A DNA stretch of 64,000 bases, from assembly GCA_947626095.1 (NCBI GenBank), contig CANQQV010000009.1, positions 1 to 64,000 on the forward strand, given 5' to 3'. Origin of the DNA: an uncultured Bacilli bacterium (GTDB lineage Bacteria > Bacillota_I > Bacilli_A > RF39 > UBA660). This document shows, piece by piece, positions 57,954 to 64,000 of the stretch. Each line of letters begins with the position of its first letter. Positions within the stretch are counted from its first letter, which is position 1. The notes under the pieces are model-generated. The model saw only the letters and a program-made list of their open reading frames with translations, made no database searches and was not told the origin of the DNA. The position numbers and the translations under genes are program-made.

Positions 57954-60200
57954 TTAAGCTTCTTTTTTACTTTTCTTTTTGTCTTCTTTTTTAGCTTTTT
58001 TATCTTCTTTGGTTTCTTTTACATCTTTCTTTTCGTCTTTAACTTCTTTATCTTCTTTTCTTTCTGGTTTTGGTAAAGCAGCTTTACGAGAAAGATTTAA
58101 ACGATTACGATTGTCGTAGCCTTCAGCTTTAACAATAATTTCGTCCCCTACTTTAAATAATTTTTTAGGATTATCTACTCTTTCCCAAGCAAGTTGTGAA
58201 ACATGACACATACCCTCACAACCAGGCCATAATTCAACAAAGCAACCGAAGTCTTCTACTTTAACTATTTTACCAGTGTAAATCTTACCTTCTTCAACTT
58301 CACGAGCAACATTTTCAATCATTTCTTTAGTGGCATTAATTATGTCTTTATCTTGGTGATAGATTAAAACTGTTCCATCATCTTGAAGATCTACTTTAAC
58401 TGCATTAACATCATTAACTGAAGTAACGTGAGAAGCTTCTAAGATAATCTTAGTAATCATATCGCCACCTTTACCGATAACATCTTTAATCTTATCGGGA
58501 TTGATATGTAAGATTTCAATTTTAGGAGCATATTTAGATAATTCTTTACGTGGTTCAGGAATAACTGATTCCATTAAGTCTAAGATTTCCATACGAGCTT
58601 CTTTAGCTTGAGCTAAGGCTTCTTTTAAGATTTTTTCTGTTACACCTTTAATCTTAATATCCATTTGTAAAGCAGTTATACCTTTTCTTGTACCTGCTAC
58701 TTTAAAGTCCATATCACCCATATGGTCTTCTAAACCTTGAATATCAGTTAAGACTGTATATTTTTTACCATCTTCAGATGTGATAAGACCCATAGCAATA
58801 CCAGCAACTGGAGCTTTAATTGGAACACCAGCAGCCATTAAACTTAAGCAACCAGCACATATAGTAGCTTGTGATGATGAACCATTACTTTCTAAGATTT
58901 CAGATACAACACGAACAGTATATGGGAATTCTTTTTCATCAGGCATTACTTGTAATAAAGCTCTTTCACCTAATGCTCCATGACCTATTTCACGACGACC
59001 TGGTGAACCATAACGTCCTACTTCACCAACAGAGAATTGTGGGAAGTTATAATGTAACATGAATCTCTTAGAATCTTCTAAGCCTAAACCATCTAAGATT
59101 TGGTTTTCTTCTAATGATCCTAAAGTAGTTGTCGCTAAAGCCTGAGTTTCACCACGAGTGAAGACAGCTGAACCATGAGTTCTTGGTAATAAATCAATCA
59201 TGGCTGATAGTGGACGAATTTCTTTCATACCACGACCATCAATACGCTTTTTATCTTTATTAACAATACGACGTACGACTAAACCTTCAATACTATCAAC
59301 AACTTTTTTAACTTGAGCTAAAATATCATCAATATTTTCAGCTTCACCATATATTTCAGCAAAGTTTTCTAAAGTTGCTTCTTTAACCGCATCAATTTCG
59401 GCATATTTTTCTAATTTTGGTTTATCAGAAGATAAAGCTTCATACATTCTTTCTGTAGCAAATTCTTTAACTTCTTTTTCAAGATTTTCATCGATGGTAG
59501 CTAATTCTACTTCAACTTTTTCTTTACCTATTTCTTTAACAATCTTCTCTTGGAATTCACATAACTTTTTAATATGTTCATGACCGAACATTAAAGCTTC
59601 TAACATTTCTTTTTCTGATACTTCTTTAGAACCAGCTTCAACCATACAGATGGCTTCTTTAGTACCAGCAACAGTTAAATGAATTGTTGATTGTTCTGAT
59701 TGTTCAACACTAGGATTAATAATATATTCTTTACCTATCTTACCAACTATAACACCGGCTACTGGGCCATCAAATGGAATATCACTAATACATAAAGCAA
59801 GTGATGAACCAAGTAAAGCCGCCATTTCTGGAGAGTTATCTTGATCAACTGATAAAACTGTATTTATTACTTGAACTTCATTACGGAAGTTTTCATCAAA
59901 CATTGGTCTTATTGGACGATCAATTAAACGAGCTGTTAGGGTAGCTTGATCAGTAGGTCTTCCTTCTCTTTTAATAAAGCCACCAGGTATTTTACCTACT
60001 GAATATAATTTTTCTTGATATAAAACTGTTAATGGGAAAAAATCTTGAGTAATAGGAGTATGCCCCATAACAGCAGCAGTTAAAATAACTGTGTCTCCGT
60101 ATCTTACTAAAACTGAGCCATTAGCTTGTTTAGCTAATTCACCAGTTTCAATAGTAATTTTTTTACCTAAAAAATCTAATTCAAAAACTTTTTTACTCAT
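57954..60200 (-). CDS. pnp: polyribonucleotide nucleotidyltransferase
   Basis: [37 protein letters not shown] and S1 domains; start MSKKVF behind GAGGT. Confidence 0.98.
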   Translation of the reverse strand: MSKKVFELDFLGKKITIETGELAKQANGSVLVRYGDTVILTAAVMGHTPITQDFFPLTVLYQEKLYSVGKIPGGFIKREGRPTDQATLTARLIDRPIRPMFDENFRNEVQVINTVLSVDQDNSPEMAALLGSSLALCISDIPFDGPVAGVIVGKIGKEYIINPSVEQSEQSTIHLTVAGTKEAICMVEAGSKEVSEKEMLEALMFGHEHIKKLCEFQEKIVKEIGKEKVEVELATIDENLEKEVKEFATERMYEALSSDKPKLEKYAEIDAVKEATLENFAEIYGEAENIDDILAQVKKVVDSIEGLVVRRIVNKDKKRIDGRGMKEIRPLSAMIDLLPRTHGSAVFTRGETQALATTTLGSLEENQILDGLGLEDSKRFMLHYNFPQFSVGEVGRYGSPGRREIGHGALGERALLQVMPDEKEFPYTVRVVSEILESNGSSSQATICAGCLSLMAAGVPIKAPVAGIAMGLITSEDGKKYTVLTDIQGLEDHMGDMDFKVAGTRKGITALQMDIKIKGVTEKILKEALAQAKEARMEILDLMESVIPEPRKELSKYAPKIEILHINPDKIKDVIGKGGDMITKIILEASHVTSVNDVNAVKVDLQDDGTVLIYHQDKDIINATKEMIENVAREVEEGKIYTGKIVKVEDFGCFVELWPGCEGMCHVSQLAWERVDNPKKLFKVGDEIIVKAEGYDNRNRLNLSRKAALPKPERKEDKEVKDEKKDVKETKEDKKAKKEDKKKSKKEA

Positions 60201-60257
60201 TTTTTTCTTACCTCTTTTCCGAAAAAAAGACACTTAAAAATAAGTGCCTACTTTTTA

Positions 60258-60527
60258 CTATTTTCTTAAGCCAAGGGCTTCAATAGTTTTTCTATAACTT
60301 ACTACATCATTTTTCTTTAAATAATCTAGTAAACTACGTCTTTTACCAACCATCATTTGAAGTCCTCTTTTTGAATGGAAATCATGAATATGAGTCTTCA
60401 AATGTTCAGTTAAATTATTAATTTCTTCTGTAAGAATAGCGATTTGAACTTCTGTAGCTCCACTATCTTTTTCATTTTTACCAAATTGTTTAACTAATTC
60501 AGCTTTTCTTTCTTTTGAAACTGCCAT
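60258..60527 (-). CDS. rpsO: 30S ribosomal protein S15
   Basis: [27 protein letters not shown]. Confidence 0.98.
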   Translation of the reverse strand: MAVSKERKAELVKQFGKNEKDSGATEVQIAILTEEINNLTEHLKTHIHDFHSKRGLQMMVGKRRSLLDYLKKNDVVSYRKTIEALGLRK

Positions 60528-60552
60528 TATAATTCCTCCTTTATTTGTATAA

Positions 60553-60601
60553 CCGTTTAATCATAGTAAGGATACGGAGACGTCCTAACCAAGAATAAAC
60601 T
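60553..60601 (-). promoter_or_regulatory. probable S15 autoregulatory leader hairpin
   Basis: GTTTA..TGGT-TAGGA..TCCTT-ACTA..TAAAC extended stem in the rpsO 5' UTR. Confidence 0.5.
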
Positions 60602-60642
60602 TACTTAGATAATATAGCAGATATTGGGTAAAATAGCAAGTA

Positions 60643-61551
60643 TTATTTTAAGGTTTGGCAAACGATATCAATATCTGGTTTATTACGTTTATGAAAACCA
60701 TCGATTAAATCGACATTCTGAATTAAAAGAATTTTACTCAAATCAGAATGGTATTTTATGAAGTCGGCAGCTAAAGGTGGTTGATCGCTATAAATAAATG
60801 ATTTAATAACTAAATCTTTAAAGTGTTTAGAATCAATATCTTCTAACATGAGAGTTACAGCTGGTTTTAAATATGCTGCCGTCTTTTCTCCTACGTATGT
60901 TGCTTCTAAAAAATCAGTAATACTTAAAAAAGATAAATTAGTTGGATCAGCCAAGTAATACATTCCTTTAGAAGCAAATAAAGATATAGCGTGATTACCA
61001 TAATCAAGAAAATTTAAAGCTGTTAAATCAAGAGATGATTGCTTAATAGAAGATTGATTTTTAGAAGTGATGGATTGCCATTCTTTAGTTGCTTTAGCCC
61101 CTATTTTAGGATTAGCTTTAATATCAGGAACATCACAACCAATAATATAAGATTCCGTACCTGTTGCTCTTAAAATACGACTTAACATATCGGAATTATT
61201 TAGACAAGCTGCTTTACCTAACATGATATCAGCTCCTAAAGCAGACATATTAGAAATACGATTCTTATCAGTAAAAGCATAGGTATGATCTTTACTAAAG
61301 ATACCTAACCATAATAAATAATAGAAAAAAGAACATTTAGTAAAAGGATCTTCAATACCAAGACTATTAATTAGTTCGGCAGTTCTTTTAACAATATTTA
61401 AATAAGCACGATAGTATGGTTTTGTTTTACCACTTGCTTTTTCATTTTTTAATTCGTTTTGTAAATTATGCATTAAGTTGTCAGTATATAGACCATTAAA
61501 GGTTGTAAATTTAATTAATTGCTCAGTAGTAGCATTAGTTATTTCACGCAT
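60643..61551 (-). CDS. transglutaminase-like protein
   Basis: GKAACLN..ILRATG..GNHAISL..YYLADPTN. Confidence 0.6.
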   Translation of the reverse strand: MREITNATTEQLIKFTTFNGLYTDNLMHNLQNELKNEKASGKTKPYYRAYLNIVKRTAELINSLGIEDPFTKCSFFYYLLWLGIFSKDHTYAFTDKNRISNMSALGADIMLGKAACLNNSDMLSRILRATGTESYIIGCDVPDIKANPKIGAKATKEWQSITSKNQSSIKQSSLDLTALNFLDYGNHAISLFASKGMYYLADPTNLSFLSITDFLEATYVGEKTAAYLKPAVTLMLEDIDSKHFKDLVIKSFIYSDQPPLAADFIKYHSDLSKILLIQNVDLIDGFHKRNKPDIDIVCQTLK

Positions 61552-61573
61552 ATAAATCCCCCTATTATTTATT

Positions 61574-62437
61574 TTAAATAAACATTATATATGGTTTAGC
61601 TTTATTATTATCTTGATGATATGTTTTATATAAAGCAATAATCTTATTATGATATTTAAGACAAGCTATCTCACTTGTAAATGTTTTAGTGATAATAGAA
61701 CCATTTTTTACTTTATTATATAATTCTTCATTAATATTAATTGTTTCAAAGTCAGATAGGACTTCTTCTATAGATAATATATGATAGTTGTTATTCTTGA
61801 TATCATCTAAAGTATAAGAGTTATCTATAGTAAATTCGCCTTGTTTAGTTCTAATAAGTGATGACATTGTTCCAACAGTATTTAATTTTAAACAAATATC
61901 ATTGATTAAAGCTCGAATATAAGTTCCTTTAGAAACTGTTGTTTTAAATGTTATTTCATCGTTGTTAAAAGATAATAATTCAATACTTTTTATTTCAATG
62001 GTTCTTTTAGGTAAAGATACTGCTTGTTTAGAACGAGCATACTCATATAATTTTTTCCCATTTACTTTAACTGCTGAATAAATAGGTACTTCTTGAATAC
62101 TATGACCTAAGAAAGAAGTTAAAACATCTTTTATTTGTTTTTCAGTGACATTGTAGTCAGCTGTTTTTAAAATATTACCAGTAATATCTAAAGTATCAGT
62201 TAAGATACCTAGTTTAATCGTAGCAATATATTCTTTATACTTACTAGTTAATAATTCACATAATTTAGTACATTTACCAAGACATATTACTAGGACTCCT
62301 TCAGCAATAGGATCTAAAGTTCCGGTATGACCTATTTTTTTGGTATTAAAAACTTTAGTTAAGATATTAACAACATCACGGCTAGTCATATTTTTTTCTT
62401 TATTAACGACTATAATACCATTTTGCATATAGATCAC
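61574..62437 (-). CDS. truB: tRNA pseudouridine(55) synthase
   Basis: GHTGTLDP, YSAVKVNGKKLY, SKGTYIR. Confidence 0.97.
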   Translation of the reverse strand: MIYMQNGIIVVNKEKNMTSRDVVNILTKVFNTKKIGHTGTLDPIAEGVLVICLGKCTKLCELLTSKYKEYIATIKLGILTDTLDITGNILKTADYNVTEKQIKDVLTSFLGHSIQEVPIYSAVKVNGKKLYEYARSKQAVSLPKRTIEIKSIELLSFNNDEITFKTTVSKGTYIRALINDICLKLNTVGTMSSLIRTKQGEFTIDNSYTLDDIKNNNYHILSIEEVLSDFETININEELYNKVKNGSIITKTFTSEIACLKYHNKIIALYKTYHQDNNKAKPYIMFI

Positions 62438-62568
62438 CCTTTTTAAACTAATAGAATTTTAATATATGGAATTAATTTAGTCAAATTTATAATAAATAAT
62501 ACTTGTTTTTGACTTTCATTAATGGTTGTAGTAAGATGATTTTGTCTTTAAAAGACAGGTGATTTTTT

Positions 62569-64000
62569 TTGAAAAATTTAAAATTAAGAAATAGATTATT
62601 AAAATTACTTATTACTGGTAATATCATAATAATCATTTCGACAACAGTAGGAATGATTAAAACAAAAGGGAATGAAAAAGATAATGGAAAATACCCTTAT
62701 ATTCAAGAACCAGAAATTATATATTCTAGTAATGATAATATTGATACAACTAGAGAATATCCGGATGCTGAGACTTATTATCCAGAAGTACCAGCTGATT
62801 ATACAAAGCCACAGGAAACAATGAACTTAGTTAATAGTCCAGAAAGCAATTCTAATATAGAGACACAAAAAGAACAAGAACCAAGTGGAACAATTACTTT
62901 TAGTGAAAATATTACTAAATTAAGTGATAATGTCTCTTTATTAAATGAATATGGCTACATATTAGAAGGCAATATAAATGATATATTATCTTATGGGCAA
63001 ACATGGCAAATAACAGGAATTAATGGACGTGCAGTTAGTTTAACAGAGCTTAATATTAGAAAAGGTCCTGGTACTAATCACGATGTAATAGCAACAATGA
63101 AAAACGGAGCGACAATTGGTATATATGGCCGTACAGCTAATGAATGGTATTTAGTAAATTATAATGGTGTAGTTGGTTTTGTATCTGGTGATTATATTCA
63201 ATTACTTGATGTTAATTATGACGAAGCTAATAACGTAATTTATAGTGTTTTACCAAAAGCTGAATTAGCTATTCAACCTACAACTAAATTAAATGTTAGA
63301 AGTGGTAATGGTACTAGTTATGATAAAATTGGTTTAATAAGTGGAGAACGTAAATATAAAGTAATCGAAAAATGTAACAATGGTTGGTACCATATTGATT
63401 ATAATGGAAAAGATGGTTTTGTATCTGGTGATTATGTAAAGGAAAATTATATGTTATTTGGAGATTTCTATCGCTTTGTATATTTAAAAAATGATACTTA
63501 TTTATATGATGGTGATGGTTATCAAAAACGTGTTTTATCTAAATATGAAGGTGGAAAAGTTTATTCTGAAGATGAGACTAGATATTTAGTTAGTGTTGGT
63601 GAAGATTATGGCTATGTTAATAAAAGTGATTGTAAAATTATTGAGGGTAAAGTTATTAATATAGATTTAAACTTACAACAATTAGAAATAATTAGTGATG
63701 GTAAAGTTATTTTAACGACTGATATTGTTTCAGGTAAAGATAGTACACCATCAGATCAAGGTTTCTTTGAAATAAAATCAACTAAAAGAGATACTTACTT
63801 AGTTGGTCCTGGTTATAAGACATTTGTTAATTACTTTGGACCTTATAATGGTGGTGAAGGTATTCATGATGCTAAATGGCAACATGGACACTTTGGCGAT
63901 GTTGATTACTATCATAAAGGTGGTAGTCATGGATGTATTAATATGCCACCAGAGATTACACCAGAAGTTTTTGATAATGTAAGTAAAGGAACTTTAGTAT
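62569..64000 (+). CDS. SH3b-repeat L,D-transpeptidase (YkuD family), runs off window end
   Basis: TTG start behind AGGTGA; TM anchor; LNIRKGPGT..WY.V.YNG..GFVSGDY twice; IHDA..GSHGCINM; absent from ORF track. Confidence 0.88.
   Translation, partial: MKNLKLRNRLLKLLITGNIIIIISTTVGMIKTKGNEKDNGKYPYIQEPEIIYSSNDNIDTTREYPDAETYYPEVPADYTKPQETMNLVNSPESNSNIETQKEQEPSGTITFSENITKLSDNVSLLNEYGYILEGNINDILSYGQTWQITGINGRAVSLTELNIRKGPGTNHDVIATMKNGATIGIYGRTANEWYLVNYNGVVGFVSGDYIQLLDVNYDEANNVIYSVLPKAELAIQPTTKLNVRSGNGTSYDKIGLISGERKYKVIEKCNNGWYHIDYNGKDGFVSGDYVKENYMLFGDFYRFVYLKNDTYLYDGDGYQKRVLSKYEGGKVYSEDETRYLVSVGEDYGYVNKSDCKIIEGKVINIDLNLQQLEIISDGKVILTTDIVSGKDSTPSDQGFFEIKSTKRDTYLVGPGYKTFVNYFGPYNGGEGIHDAKWQHGHFGDVDYYHKGGSHGCINMPPEITPEVFDNVSKGTLV

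Noticed and set aside
3528-59062. Short overlapping ORFs (3528, 9435, 9457, 11842, 15390, 18182, 22721, 31741, 37240, 41792, 43831, 48514, 53374, 53818, 54693, 55809, 58780, 58871)
   Set aside because: Antisense or out-of-frame shadows of well-supported genes, with no recognisable motifs

Overview
AT-rich chromosomal segment of a small-genome Bacillota bacterium. The gene style and the sporulation and peptidoglycan genes suggest an RF39-like or related Bacilli lineage (inference); genetic code 11. Most genes are on the minus strand. Core content: 5' end of a 16S rRNA gene with tandem promoters, tRNA-Glu(CTC), tRNA-Leu(CAA), gltX, aspS and proS with T-boxes, hisS with a His-leader attenuator, udp-cdd, cadC-cadA, alr, csp, scpAB, sigF-spoVAC-AD-AE, dacF and truB/rpsO/pnp. 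Main findings: (1) a complete retron (msr/msd ncRNA 13924-14091 plus RT) with no protein effector in its predicted transcription unit, followed directly by a promoter-bearing small RNA. (2) That sRNA is homologous to the antisense RNA of an unannotated type I toxin-antitoxin locus at 36742-37072 (30-aa hydrophobic peptide, 5'-3' fold-back mRNA). (3) A third, orphan copy of the sRNA sits behind tRNA-Leu in an islet built from nested direct repeats. Also notable: a sigma-like protein with four N-terminal HTH-like repeats, a WXG-NlpC/P60 protein plus DUF4176, and a WYL-SIS-PfkB cluster. All family calls are by motif recognition; no database searches were run.
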